Positions 1-12,989 of a DNA stretch of 64,000 nt are shown here, in pieces. The stretch is from Callorhinchus milii (taxonomy: Eukaryota). Every line of letters starts with the position of its first letter. Within the stretch, counting starts at the first letter, position 1. A model generated the notes under the pieces. That model had not been told where the DNA came from, did no database searches, and worked only from the letters and a program-made list of their open reading frames with translations. The translations under genes were made by a program, and so were the position numbers. The stretch spans positions 29,762,001 to 29,826,000 of the forward strand of contig NW_024704742.1 in the NCBI RefSeq assembly GCF_018977255.1, in the 5' to 3' direction.

Positions 1-1730
1 GCGGCGCTGTCTGAGGGCAGGCGTTTGAGCTAATGGAGGGTGAATAAATTACCCATCAATGTATTTAGGAGGAAACTCCGTGTGTACCCAAGGCAGAAGG
101 GAACCAACAGAGAGGGGTATGGGTGGGGGGAGGGGGAGGGGGAGGATTAGCAAAGGCGGAGGTTCACCGGTACAGATGAAGCTGGGCTGAACGCCTGGTT
201 CGATACCCTTGATTTCATGCACAGGTGAAGGCGAGAGGAGTATGCGAGAGCGTGGAGGGATTTGATGTACAGGGTAAATGAGGGGAGGGGGAAATGCGCC
301 TTCCTGATCTGCCCCACGAGATGTTTGCTCGGCGTTTCCAGAATCAGCAATGTTAATGAAATGTTATATAACACGGCCACAGATGGGCTGAGCACCTGAG
401 CTACCCACACAGCACAGCCATATGTTTCTGCTGTTGCAATGGTCGCTCTGTACAGACCGTCTCAGGGAAAAGTCGTGGATTGTGACTTTCAATCAGTTGT
501 ACATTTGCAAAATTCGGGCAGGCAATAATACAGCGTTGTTTCTCCCACAGCTGCTGTAACAGACTCCAGATATCTGAGTTACAGCAGATTCTGGGGGTGG
601 AGCTCCAGCAATCTGAGGCTGCAGCGGCAGCCACAGTCACAGTTGCATTGATCTTTAGGATAATTGGGCTGTGGCGTCTCTGCAACACTGGGAACAAGTT
701 GCGGCCTCAAACACTCGAGTCTAAATCAATTCTCAAAAGGGGAGAAAGAATAGGTTTTCTTGCAGGCAGTGGGCTGACCATCAACATGCTCAGGTACCTC
801 TCCTTGGCCAGACAGAGAGACAAACAGAGAAACAGAGCAAGAAAGACAGACAGACAGACAGACAGGCAAGCCTGTATTTCAAGAAACTAAATTTCAGTCA
901 ACATTTTATAAATTCAAATATAAGAACACAGCCTGAGCTTGGCATCAGGGGAGCTTTTAACACAGGCACTTATGTGACGAAAGAGAGAGAGACAGACTCC
1001 AGGTTAAAGTTAAACCAGAGTAATTCATTAAACAAACGCGTATCTGGCTGTTATCGAAGAGTAGACAAAACAAAGCTGCACTTTCAAAACACTTGTGAAC
1101 TCAGTGATTCTTCCTTGCTGCAGCAATTCAAACCCACAATAAATATATATTTTCAGTCGGTGAGAGTGTTCTTTCTTTATGGCCTAAGTATGAGGTTCAC
1201 TGGCACTCAGAGGCACTCTTTCAGTTCATCACAATTCCCTTAATCCCTCAGTAGAGCTCTCCATATACTTGCAGTGCACGACTTAGTAAGTCCCACTCTG
1301 TCCTTAATGCTCTTTATTTGTCACTCTGCCCATTTTGTTCTCTTACAAGAGGGCAGCCCTTGCTCCATTAGTTCACTCTCCCAAATTAGTCGCTGCTCAT
1401 TAATCTACTGCTTTGAGAACTTTTGATGAATCCGTACTTATCAAGGTGAAGTAGCTTATTCCTGGTAAGTGAAACACTTTCCCCATTTCAGGCATGCATT
1501 GTCAATAACAAGCACTCCAACCAGGCAACTGCTCACACCAAATGGAGGGCAAAGTTCCCTCTCCTGCTGCACATCGACACACCTCGGCTCCACCCCCAGG
1601 AAGGCGCCCCTACTTTCCCGGCAAGACAGTTTCCGTTTCCAACACCGGCAGAGCTCTGCGCTCCTTTGAACGAGATTGACGATTACAGTATAAGAATATG
1701 AGAGTTGATTTTAGGTCACTTTTGTGCTGT

Positions 1731-1840
1731 AATAATAATTCTTGCATATGATATAGTGCCTTATCATGTCTTCGAGATGTCTCAAAACGTTTCACAGAAT
1801 ATACTAGAAAGTGAATTGACTGTATATTTTGTGGGTGAAA
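1731..1840 (-). mobile_element. SINE 3' fragment with L2-type tail
   Basis: Reverse complement of the recurrent SINE tail (taataataattcttgcat...ttcacagaatatact...gtgaattgactgtatattttgtggg). Confidence 0.85.
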
Positions 1841-1844
1841 TTTT

Positions 1845-1960
1845 AGTGCTGTAGGCCATTTGGAAATTGTGTGCTCAAACTCCTTTCACATCCGATCCTT
1901 GTAGAGAGAAGGTTCATCCCAATAAACCTGGGTCCCAAGTGTGAAAGGCACTCACGAGCA
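1845..1960 (-). mobile_element. Degenerate tRNA-SINE head fragment, possibly LF-SINE-related
   Basis: Minus strand reads gcctttcacacttgggacccaggtt...atgtgaaaggagtt, resembling the recalled LF-SINE 5' region. Confidence 0.35.
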
Positions 1961-1984
1961 GGGTAATGGTTAAGCCGGGTCAGA

Positions 1985-2145
1985 TTGATCAGATCTTTTA
2001 AACCCATCTTCCGTCCCTTCTCCATACCCCTCAAAACCTTACTTCCTGAGGATCTACCCATCTCCCCTTCAAAAATTCCTCCACGACTTTCTACGGGCAG
2101 AATATTTCACATCATCACAACCTTCAGAGTGACGAAATGAGAAAT
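1985..2145 (-). mobile_element. Degenerate CR1 LINE 3' fragment
   Basis: Resembles the CR1 3' segment at 6250-6370 (ggcagaatatttcacatcatcacaacc...gtgacgaaat). Confidence 0.45.
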
Positions 2146-2989
2146 AGAGCGGTGTTAACAAAGCTGTCCCTCGACTCCACTCCTGCACAGTTCTGTTTCA
2201 GTATTTCTCAGATGCAAAGAGTTTATTCCTTGCTTAAACTTCCTCCTGACTTTTGCTATCACATCAAGATTTTATGGCTGCTTTTTAGTCAACTCCCCCT
2301 CTTTCCTTTTTAATGTCCATGTCAGCTTCCCACATGAGGCACTCTATTTCATTTCAGGCACCTTTACTTAAGGCACCTCAATTCCCATCCGCCTATATCA
2401 AACACTCCAGTTCTTGTAAATCATTCCTTTGCACTTCTCTCTCTCTTTCAATGTCCCACAGCCTACGTCACCAAAATCACTTTCATTTCATGATAATGTA
2501 TCGGCTTCTGCTACTTATTCCTACGTATTATTGCTTCTGGTCTCTGAGTGACTTGTATCAGATTAGCAAGCTATAAAGCCTCTCTATTTTACTTTCTCAC
2601 ATTTCAGAGCGAGTTTGTGCCCTGTTAAATACAATAGTTTCAGGCCTCCTCTTTGCTACAATCAGCTATCCAAGTAGTCAATCTTCACCTATGTCCTAAT
2701 TGTGTTCTGTGTTGCTTGCTGCTCAGCAGGATCTAGGACCTCTCTCTGGTTTTGTGCTCTCCTTGGGAGCTGCCAGCTAGTCACGCCTGGTTGACACCCT
2801 AATCCCTCCTCCAAGGTAAAGTTTGCTGTTGTGCTGCCAAAGTTCAACACTTCCTGCCTCAGCGTCCCACAGGCTTTCTTGTTCTTAGTCTTTTTCTGCC
2901 TCTCTCTTGTTCTGTACCGAGTTCCTGCTTTGCCAGTTCCATTGCAGCCATTACAGTTTGTGTAACCACTACAGTCCCACAACCATTCC

Positions 2990-3540
2990 AAACAAATAAA
3001 AATTACATTTGTATAGCGCCTTTCACATCGGGAGGATGTCCCAAGGCATTGGACAATTAGTGTTTCAGACCCGAGCTGGAGGTTGGGGAGGGTGGAGGGT
3101 GGGGGGGGAAGGAGGGTGATCGAAGGCAAGGCCGAAGAGGAGGGTCCTGAGATGGGTCTTGAAGGAGGCAAGGGAGGGGGCAAGGTGGAGGGACTGCGTG
3201 TTGGGAGTTCCAGAGGGGCAGAGTCGTTGAAGACCCACCTGTCAATGGTGGGGCGGGTATGGCGGGGGACATGAAGCAGGCTGGAGCCCGCAGAGGTAGG
3301 GGGGGGAGCAAGCCCATGGAGGGCTTTGAAAGTGAGGACCAGGATTTTGAACTGTATCCTCTGTGTGTTGAGAAGCCAGTGGAGCCAGGCAAGGATGGGG
3401 GTGATAGGGTCACGGAGCCTTGTGCAGGAGAGGACACGGGCTGCAGACTTCTGAATGATCTGCAGCCGATGGGAGGGAGGAATTGGGGAGCTCAACAAAT
3501 GGAGTTTGCTTAGTCAAGCTGGATGTCATGAACACATGAG
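2990..3540 (-). mobile_element. L2-clade LINE, 5'-truncated (ORF2 C-terminus plus 3' UTR)
   Basis: ORF 2689..3498 contains RLQIIQKSAARVL...PITPILAWLHWL...RIQFKILVLTFKALHGLAP, typical of the L2 ORF2 C-terminus. Tail reads gtgaaaggcgctatacaaatgtaatttt. Confidence 0.92.
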
Positions 3541-3896
3541 TTCCTGTAGTCATTGGTGCTTATAGCCAATACAGTTCCCACCGCCATTATTAAATCAATT
3601 CTACTTCCACATGCTTTTGGAGCAGTTTCTCATCTCACTTCTAACCTGCTTAGCTCAAATTTTAAGATGATGTCCACCTTGTTTTGGTGCAGAGAGGTAA
3701 TACGATTATGCCCACTCGTAGAGGAATCCATTCCATTCTCTTATCAAAGCACCCCTATGAAAACACGTGCTGCTGCAGTACTAGTGCTGGCAATTTTCCA
3801 CTGCTCACAATAAGCCCTCCTACATCATGTGTTTGCAAATCATAGTCTAAAAGTCTCACCCGGCCTCCCCTACCAGCTACCCAATTTACTCAGGTA

Positions 3897-4313
3897 TCAG
3901 CTTGGCTCTGTTAGTAGCACTCTCGCCTTTGAGTCAGAAGGTTGTTGGTTCAAACCCTACATCAGGGAATCATGCTGTCACTCCAACACAATGCTGGGGA
4001 ATTCTATACTGTCTGAGGTGCCGTCCTTCGATGAGACTTTAAACTGAGTTTCCATCTGCCTGATCAGGTGGATACTAAAGATCCTTATAGCATTATTCAT
4101 AAAGAGAAGTTTCTCCCAATGTCTTGGCCAACAATCTTCCAAATTAAATTGGTGATTCACCAAATTGCTGGTTGTGAGACATTGCTGTGTGAAAATTAAC
4201 TGCTACGTTTGCCTACAAATATACAGTTACTACAATTTACATTAAATCCTACAAACTGCTTTGAGACATTTTGATGTGATAAGGTGGCGCATCAAACACA
4301 AGGTTTGTTATTA
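3897..4313 (+). mobile_element. tRNA-derived SINE with Deu-like domain (family B)
   Basis: tRNA-like A/B boxes (tggctctgttagtagc; ggttcaaacc), Deu-like core (gagactttaaactgag...caggtggatactaaagatcc) and a degenerate L2 tail. Confidence 0.85.
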
Positions 4314-4943
4314 CTTACGGGATGATTTGATCAATTGTAGAGGCCCCACCACACAACAACAACACCCACCCCCCATACACACGCAAATACACATCCCACG
4401 CTGAGATAGGCACAAACTGCAGACTATCCCAGTTTATGTACAGACTGTGTGCTGTGTGCTATATGGTGCATTTACCCACTGAGCCACCGGGGGAGCCAAA
4501 GCCTGTTGCCCATCACTTTATGAATCCACAATGTGCATAAGGCCTGCAGGAATATAGAAAGACAAGTGAGGCAAGTGAGCAGATGGTTCCTGTAATGCAC
4601 CGCCATGAAGCACAAGTGGAATGGAGCAGTGAGGAGAGGATACCCCTCAGCACCATGTTTATGAGGTGTGAAAGGATAGTCATCAGCCCACAATAAGCGT
4701 TAAAGCTCATGAATAATTTGTGGGGGGAAATGGCTACATCTGGTGCATATACCAACATTGTGGTTTTCGGCGTTAATAATTTATGACTCAAAAACCCAAT
4801 ATTTTCTTACACGTTTATTCCTTAATAGGGAGATCAATGGGAGAAACAAAATGTTCCTCTAAACTGGATATTCTTAACAAGACTAAGTGTGAAGCGCTTG
4901 GAGATGTTTTGACATCTTTGGTGCAAGTGCAAGTATTATTTAA

Positions 4944-5215
4944 TATAGCTCAGTTGTTAAAGGTGCTGTCCATCATGAAACTGAGCCATACCAGCTTTCA
5001 TGCCTGGTCTGTGTTCTGTGAGCTGATCTCAGCTACGGCAGTGATAAATAGGAGTGACACCATTGCTCTTTGCAACCCCTGCCTGGGGCTGGGGAGAAAG
5101 CGGAGACTGAATTGAGCCATGGTTGCTGCTCCTGACAACTATCCAGTGACTCCTAACGGAAGGTGTGTGCTGGTCTCAGAGAGGATCGGGCACTGATCGC
5201 AGACAGGATTTGTCC
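4944..5215 (+). mobile_element. Old tRNA-headed SINE (family C)
   Basis: tagctcagttg head; gctcctga...ctatccagtgac...gaggatcgg motifs shared with 55131-55520 and other copies. Confidence 0.65.
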
Positions 5216-5269
5216 CCTGGGTAAAGAAAATCTTTCTGGTGTCTCCATGAATACCTACCAATCTTCTAG

Positions 5270-5410
5270 CGGAGTCTCAGGATAGCAATCAGAAATTAGA
5301 CTCCTGGCTGATTTTCCTCTCCTTAACCTTAGGAGCACTGAGGCCAACTGTAGCACCTGCTAAAACCAGCTGACTCAAACCTGTAAGTGCCCAGTCTGTA
5401 TGGTCCATTC
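5270..5410 (-). mobile_element. SINE family C fragment
   Basis: gatagcaatcag...cctggctgattttcc...gcactgaggccaa is the reverse complement of family C. Confidence 0.6.
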
Positions 5411-5574
5411 TTTGCCTGTGTTTTCTTTAATTTATATTTTAATTCAAGTTTGGTGAAGACAGTTTCTAGAGAGAATCCGAGCCTTGAAGATCTTTGACAT
5501 GCAAGGTTCAATGAAAGGTTTGTAGTGATATATCTAATCTGTTGACTGCGACTGCGTAAGAGATGTCAAAACGG

Positions 5575-6005
5575 CTTCAGCATCCCTGGGCTAGGGAAAG
5601 GAAAATCAGAGTTCCCACAATTGCTATCCAGAGACCTCTGCTGGAGATTTGACTGCGTAGATATAGAGCCAAGATCACTTTTAGCTTTAAGACAAATGTC
5701 TTAAAATGAAAGAGAATTGTCTTAAAATTTAAGAATGCGCAGTATTTCGGAAAATTCTTCAATTCAGTCTTAGAAAAGAACAGCGGAAAAAACGCTTTCA
5801 AGATTTTAGGTTTTCCAAGATTCTGCACACACTGACATTTTAAGATGATGGTCTTGAGGATAAAACCATGAAGAATTTCTGGTCCCAGATGAAGGCAAGG
5901 TCAGACCTGGTTTTGGTCAATTACCTGACTCACACCTGATAAATGCCCGCTTGGGTGAGGTACCGTATTCCAGTTAAAAAGAAGTCATAAGTCTTCAGCA
6001 GAGAA
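5575..6005 (+). mobile_element. SINE family C fragment interrupted by an AT-rich palindromic insert (~5660-5880)
   Basis: ccctgggctagggaaaggaaaatcag...gctatccag resumes at ~5890 (cttgggtgaggtacc). Confidence 0.55.
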
Positions 6006-6129
6006 AAATCTACCTCTGTGCAACTAATGTCATACAATAAAAATACGATAAGTGGGTTTCAATTATGTATGTGAATGAAGTTTTGCACAAAGATCCCATC
6101 ACTTTTTACAATCAAGTTAAAATAAAACA

Positions 6130-6701
6130 GAAGGACATAAAAAATGCTAGACGAAAAAAGACCAAAGTCCATCTAGTTCAAATTCAACCTTCCTGGCGGT
6201 TGCATGCACGTATGTCCCGAACTACCTATGTACTATATCTCATAATATTATTTCCTAAAAGAAAACTAATCTGTGTTAGAAAGAATCAACCATTCCTTCT
6301 TCAACCGTCTCCCTAGGGAGCCTGTTCCACAGGTTCACTATTCGCTCACTGAAATAGTATTTGCGTAGATTCATTCTGAATTTACCCCCCTTCAAACGCA
6401 GGCTGTATCCTCTGGTTTTACTATTCTGGACAAGTTGAAACAGCCTGTCATGATCTATATTGTCTAACACCTTTAGAATTGTAAAGACAGCAATCATGTC
6501 GCCTCTCAATCTTCTCTTTTCCAGCGTGAACATGCCCAATTTATTTTGTCGCTCCTCATAGTCCAGTCCCTCCCTTCCCTCCATCATTTTGGTTGTCCTC
6601 CTCTGTATCTTCTCAATTTCTCCAATATCCTTTTCTCCAATATCCTTTTTGTTCTGCAGCAACCAGAACTGTACACAGTAGTCTAAGTATGGTCTCACCA
6701 A
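6130..6701 (-). mobile_element. CR1 LINE 3' fragment (ORF2 C-terminus)
   Basis: ORF 6276..6701: VRPYLDYCVQFW...EKIQRRTTKM...LEKRRLRGDMI...TRGYSLRL...FSERIVNLWNRLP, the classic CR1 ORF2 end. Confidence 0.95.
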
Positions 6702-6762
6702 GAATCAGTTTGGAAATGGAAGTTTACCTAGAGCCCTTTTTGTGCCTTGTTAGGGATTGGAC

Positions 6763-7183
6763 TATGAGGAGCCATCCCCCAGAGGATTGAGTTCAAGATC
6801 TTTGTCCTCACTTTTAAGGCTATCCATGGCCTTGCCCCTCCTACCTCTCTGACCTGCTGACTCCCTACCAACCTGCCCGCTCCCTCCATTCAGCGGGCTC
6901 CAGCCTGCTCCATGTCTCCCGCCCGGTGGCCGGGCTTTCAGCCTCTCTGCCCCCACACTCTGGAATTCCATCCCAAGGTCCCTTCACCTCATTTCCTCCC
7001 TTGCCTCCTTCAAAGCCGGTCTCAAGACCCTTCTCTTCGATCGTGCCTTTGATTGCCCTCCCACCTCTCTGCCTTTCCTCACTCCTACACCACTCCTCCC
7101 CCATGCTCGGGCCCCGACACCTGACTGTTCAGTGCTCCCGACGTGAAAGGCGCTCTATAAATGTAATTTTGTTGTAGTTGTTG
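6763..7183 (+). mobile_element. L2 LINE 3' fragment
   Basis: Homologous to 2990-3540; ends gtgaaaggcgctctataaatgtaattttgttgtagttgttg. Confidence 0.9.
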
Positions 7184-7184
7184 T

Positions 7185-7510
7185 CAGACTGGCTCAGTTG
7201 GTACCACTCTCACCTCTGAATCAGAAGGTTTGGGGTTCAAGACCCACATCCACTTTGAACCCATAGTGCGAGTACCGAGGTTCCGTCTTCCTGTTCAGGT
7301 GGATGTTAAAATCCCATGCACCATTCGAATAGAGCAGAAAGTTTCTCCCGGTGTCCTTGACAACAAATAAAATTGATCCCTTACTTCATGGCCGTTTGTT
7401 GGACATTGCTGAGTACACTTGCTCACAAATTCACTGTTACACCTGTGAAGCGCTTTGAGACATCTCGACAACATGATAAGGAGTTATATCAAATGCAAGA
7501 ATTATTATTT
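7185..7510 (+). mobile_element. SINE family B (Deu-like), internally deleted
   Basis: tggctcagttggta head, caggtggatgttaaaatccc core and aatgcaaga(att)n tail. Confidence 0.85.
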
Positions 7511-8859
7511 TTCTGCACCTGACTAGGTGCACAAAAATCACTAGTTACCCTATTTTTTTTGTGGTTTTAACAGCAGGAATCCAATACAATCTGATGTAAA
7601 TGCACATGGAGCAGTGGTCAACATGGACCAAGGCAGTGGTCAAAAGCTGTGAAGATGAACCTGTAAGTGTGAGAAAATGCAAGTTTCTTGTTCAGACAAC
7701 GCCAGCAATCCAACAGCGAGGTTACACCCTGCAAAATCCGTAAATAAATCTTTAATGAACGCTGCAATGAGGGCATTGCACGCAATAGACAACCTTTTGT
7801 TTTCATTAAATACAAGAAAGCAGCTCATGCAGACACAAAGAAAGCATTTTTACAAGGCCTTATCAGGTCAAAACATCTCAAAGTTCTTCATAAGTAATTA
7901 CTGTACTGATACACTCGTTAAATGTCTAGGCGTTTCTAGAACAGCATCCGTAACACAGATGGACGGACCATCACTGCACATGTGCACCTTATATAAACAG
8001 ATTTTCTGTAAATGTGAACACAATAAGCTGTGGCCACCAGAGGCCTGCGGTGCAATGCATACATTGTGCAATATTTTGCTCTGGGACACTGTCTGATTTG
8101 CATAGCTCTCTTGTCAAGCTTTCCTTCCTGTGCAGCAGCTCAGCCTGATCATTTATCTCAAAGTAGGCAGGGACATGTAGCGAGTGCAATGGGGATGAAT
8201 TGAGGGCCGGTTCGTGTCTGGTGAGCGTGAAGACGAGGCACAAAAAAACCCCGTACAAATGTACAAGATTCCAGTTCAAACCACAGCCCGCCAGTGCGAT
8301 CAGTCCCTCAGGCGACCAGCGCTGATACACACTACACACACCCTGGAAAATCTGTAAATAAATGTTTAATGAAGGCTGCAAAGTGGCTGCTGTATTTTAA
8401 ATGCGCGGCGCTGCCCCTGCTTTAGATTACAGCGCAGACGTTTGAGCAGAACAGATTAAACTGCTCAGGAAATGGGAACAGACGCTGTAATTACAACTGC
8501 ACCAATACAGCAGGTATGCTGCACTGAGATCATTAAGGGAGACACGGCTCACTCTACACAACGGCAGACTCTATAATAATGGGATAACAAATCAGAGGGA
8601 ACGCCGGGTCACGGGTTTAAAACACCATCGAAGCGATGAGCAGTAGCCAAAGAATTTCTCGGAATGTCAATGGGGGAGGGGGAAGGAAGAGGAAAGTAAG
8701 GAGATTGGGAGGGGGTGTAGTTGGGGGGGGGGGGGGGAGCGGTTGGGGAGAAGAAGAGGTCAGGATTCATCACAGATCGCAGCTCTTTACAAACTCTTTG
8801 AAGATGTGTCAATGTAGGCAGAGCATGGGGAGATTGGAAGGGAATTCTCTCAGGCATTT

Positions 8860-8978
8860 TGCGTTTGTGTTTCCCCCACAAAATACACAGTCAATCCACT
8901 ACAGTGTATTCTGTGAAGCGCTTTGAGACGTCTCAACAACACGATAACGCGCTATATCAAATGCAAAGATTATTATTA
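8860..8978 (+). mobile_element. SINE 3' fragment
   Basis: tgtgaagcgctttgagacg...aatgcaaagattattatt. Confidence 0.85.
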
Positions 8979-9419
8979 TGTACAGCATTTCAGGATTGCT
9001 CACTGCACAATAAGAGACGCCCTCAGACTTTTGCCATAGAAGTGGTAGGGGCCAAAGAAAAAATCTCATTTACTTTGGCTTCTGGATCTTTTCCAGCTTT
9101 TCCTTTTGTTTTCTTTCACTGCCGCTTCCCTCTTTCTCCCCTTCCCCCCCTACATGCCGGGTTGCAGTTCCTCTTGAGCTATACGCTCTCTCTCTGGTCA
9201 CTCGTATATGTGGGTGTTAGTAGGTGATTTGAGCCCGGGAGAGAGGGTGGAGGGTCCTTGTCTCGATCAGTGCTCAGGCAAACCATTCCCTTTGCTGCTA
9301 AGTGTAAACATTACACAATTTGCCAACTGAAGGGAAAATCCTGCTACAAGTACTCAGCCAAGCAGAATATCAACCCCCCCACCCCCAAATATCCACACCC
9401 TCACACTTTCCAGCAGGGG

Positions 9420-9570
9420 TCACTAGATAGCAATCCCCAACACCCTCATCCCTAAGAGCTGAGGCTAAATTCAGCCCCTCAAATGCCACCCCGGCTGAAA
9501 TCACCTAACTCAGCACAGCCTGGGGTAGGAAGTGAGTCTCTCTTGCTCTGTATGGCACAGTTCACAGTGG
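9420..9570 (-). mobile_element. SINE family C fragment
   Basis: gtcactagatagc...gctgaggctaaatt...cctaactcagcacagcc. Confidence 0.55.
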
Positions 9571-9606
9571 CAACTTCACCAACTAAGCTTTGTTTCCTGG
9601 ATCTTG

Positions 9607-9955
9607 ATAATAATAATAATAATCCTTGCATTTGTTATAGCACCTTTCAATCTGTCGAGACGTCTCAAAATGCTTCACATGCTATACTGTAAAGTGTATT
9701 GACCATATTATGCGAGCAAAATATGACAGCCTTGCGCACTCAACGTCCCACAAACAGCCATGGAGTGAATGACCAATTTTATTTGGGGGATTGTTGGCCA
9801 GATCACCGGGGGAAACTCCCTTCTCTTTTCGAATAGTGCCATGGGATCTTTAACATCCAGCTGAACAGACAGAAGGGACCTTGGTTTAACATCTCATCCA
9901 AAGGACAGCACCTTCAATAATGTAGCACACCCCCGACACTGCATAGGAGTGTCAT
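9607..9955 (-). mobile_element. SINE family B (Deu-like)
   Basis: (taa)n tail and gtgccatgggatctttaacatccagctgaacag core on the minus strand. Confidence 0.88.
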
Positions 9956-10854
9956 CCGTCAAGATAATTTCCTACAAAGAACAATAGGAAAAAGATTTAT
10001 ATTTATTAAAAAAAAATCTCTTTCCCCCCACCCATCCACAAACTCCAAGCTGGGCAAGAGGAATCAGCCTTTTATTGTCTTTAACAACGAAACTTCTAAA
10101 CTTTTGAAAACAACAAAGCCAATTAATTTGCTGCACCAAAATAATTTTAAAAAATGGTTATTTGTGGAAACCAATCCACCCCCGAAAACAAGCTCTTTGC
10201 TTATGTCCATTTGTCTAATCACACTTCATTGAACAATGAGTTTTTGCTGTTCAACCAGAGAGATCAGGCAGATTTTCTTAGTCTGCCAGAAATGCAGTAC
10301 CGGGCGAGTTGAAAGCGAGTAAAAGATTCTGTTCTTGTGAAATCCGATGATTGAAAATAAATAAGGAAGCTTTCCTTTTACAAAATCATCCTGTAGCGTG
10401 GAGCACTCCAAATCATCAATACGGCTCCTATGCTTCCTTCCCATCAGATTGGATTATTGGGCCCCATTTATCCTACGGCCGCACCACTTCACAGCTCCTA
10501 TAATTATTGTTCATTTACAGTCAGTACTTCTCATTACAGCACATTTCCCTACAGACACTGATAGTAAAGGCAGGCATAAAACAAGAGCATCACAACACTG
10601 ACATGAATTCGTATAGATTCCTACGTACATTCGCCTACAAAATACATAGTCAATACACTCGACAGTAAAAATCTTGTGAAGTGCTTTGAGATGTTTTGAC
10701 GAGGTGACAAGGCAAGAATACAAGAATTGTTATTATTCTTTAAACAGAATTGTTCTCTATTGAAAGGGGCTAAGGTCCTCCTCTGCTTTTCCTGCATCTA
10801 TCATTAAGACCAAGAAAAACTAAAATGAGAATCCTCCCTTTGACAATGTCCTGA

Positions 10855-11017
10855 TGACTCAAACCTGGCTTAACTTTTCACTACCACTTAAGTCATCGTG
10901 CTGTCAATATTCCAGCCACATTTATTTATGTATTTATACATATGTCTCACTCGCCATATCTGATAACTTGGCACTGAGTCCTTTTCCCTTGGAGTGACCA
11001 GTTATCAGAAGTTTACT
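10855..11017. mobile_element. Short Tigger/pogo-like MITE remnant
   Basis: Ends match 55683-56122 (cacttaagtc; gataac...ccttttcccttggagtgac...gttatc...tttact). Confidence 0.55.
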
Positions 11018-11864
11018 TATATACCTCACTGCTTCTCTCCTGTCAAAGGGCACCCTGACTCTCTGCTTACTTCCACACTTATTCAGCGGGTGTGTGAACA
11101 GCAGAATCTGCCGAATGTTAGGTGTCAGCCTGAATGCTCATCCACTGCCCCTTAATCCTCATCCACTGACCTGTCATCTTCTTACACCTGCATAGGATGT
11201 GGAGATATGCGGTAGGAATGTTTCACACATTGAAACCCATTGACCGCCTAGTACTACCTAGTCCTTCCGTTACTGCAGTGCGCTCCATTAAAACAGGAGC
11301 CTCCCAGAACCAAAGTCAAACTACCATGTCAACTGAGGCTGGGAGTCAAACTGGGAGGCCAGAGACACACAAGAATTACAAAAAAAATCATGTAAATGAT
11401 CGCACACAAACCACTTTAAAATAAGTCATAACAATTCTGTACAATAATTCAGGGATTTTCCCCTTGATAAACAGAAGTCGATAAGCTTGACACATTCCCC
11501 AGCAAGTGACCTATCTCCTCTCTCTCCTCCCCCCAATATTTTTCAAGTGCTGATTTCATTCAAGTGAGTGCTGGAACATTTCTCCTCTCTCGTCCCCTCC
11601 CCTCACTCATGACGTGAGAAAACAGAAGTGGCTAGGGCCAAATAGAGTTGCTCTGTTTAATGATCGGACGCACGAATATGGTTCATTTTGTCTGCGAAGA
11701 ATTTGATACAAACACAATCTGGAAATACCAGCTTGCTTTAGGAGGAAACTTTAGATGTCAAGCTGAAAGGAAAAGCCTTCACTTCCCATGTGTGAAGTGG
11801 TTTTCTCGCTGACTCACTTGCGGGGAGAGGGTTGATTGACGGTCCCCATTCCACAAAAAAGAAA

Positions 11865-12120
11865 AGAAAGTTGCACTTTTATAGCACGTTGAAGCATTTC
11901 AAATCACCTTATAGTATAATTAAGGTCAAATGCAGTGACAGCCAATTTGCACAGAGCGAGGAGCAACAGAACCATGTTTGTGAGATTAATCTGCAGGATT
12001 GTCATCCAGTACATCAAAGGAACTCCCTTCTCTTTTCAAATAGTGTGTTCGGATCTTTCACATTCATCTGTACAACAGGGCAGACGGGATCTTAGTTTGA
12101 TGCCTTTTCCTAATGCAGTA
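11865..12120 (-). mobile_element. Degenerate SINE family B
   Basis: gccaatttgcacag...aactcccttctcttttcaaatagtg...ggatcttt. Confidence 0.7.
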
Positions 12121-12139
12121 CAGTGAAAATAATATTCGA

Positions 12140-12420
12140 GGCTTGAAGAGGTGTGGAGATAGGGCAGGGCAGTGGGATTGAAAGTACAGATTCCTCTTCA
12201 ACTGTGCTTTCGATCACCCTGCTTCCTTCCTCTCTGCCCTCCACCCTCCCCGATCCCGACCCCCAGCTCGGGTCCAAAACTCTGACTGTCCAGCGCCTTG
12301 AGACGTCCTCCTGACGTGAAAGGCGCGATACAAATGTAATTTTGTTGTTGTTGTTGTGTGAGACTCTGCAGACTCGATGAGCCGAATGGTCTCCTCCTTC
12401 GCTGTCAATTTCTATGAGGA
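12140..12420 (+). mobile_element. CR1-type 3' tail interrupted by an L2 3' end (~12208-12357)
   Basis: cagactcgatgagccgaatggtctcctcc is a CR1-like tail; the internal segment ends gtgaaaggcgatacaaatgtaattttgttgttgttg. Confidence 0.7.
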
Positions 12421-12989
12421 ATATAAACCCGTTGGAAAAGGTAGTGAGAAAGCCAATCCTAATATGGCTTGGCGAATATTTGGGAATGAAGAGGTAATTG
12501 AGAAGGCCCAGAGTGTTTCATGTTTGGAATGCATCAGTCTGTGAAACTTGGGAAATTGCAAATCTACGGGGGTTTGGGAATCAATTCAGCAAGGGTACAT
12601 GTAGAGCAATGGTGAAGAGAGCAAACAGAGGCAGGCTAACTAAATAACCCAGAATCAAAAACCTCCACGCATCTCGTATTTTGGTATTAATCCTGCGAGG
12701 AAAATAAGCATAGGAGAGAGTGAGAGACAGAAGGATAGCAATACTAACTGCTGTGGATTCTGACCTTGACTATGGTGGACGTAACAGTATCTTTCTTGCA
12801 GTGTTTTGTCTCTCATTTACATCTCACTGTAGCAATAACGCTGAATCTATTCTTGCACCTCAGTTAATCACGCAACTGCTTTTTATTTGGGTTTTGTCTT
12901 AAAGGCAGATTGTAACTGGAAAAGGCTTACCGTTTAATTCCAAATTAACAGCTAAATCCGCACTCTGATTGTCACATCATTCTACGTCA

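Noticed and set aside
2689..3498. 269-aa ORF as a host gene
   Set aside because: It is an L2 ORF2 remnant reading through into flanking DNA.
7560..7665. Minus-strand acceptor ttttctcacacttacag
   Set aside because: Two frames stop quickly and the third gives no recognisable peptide or good donor.
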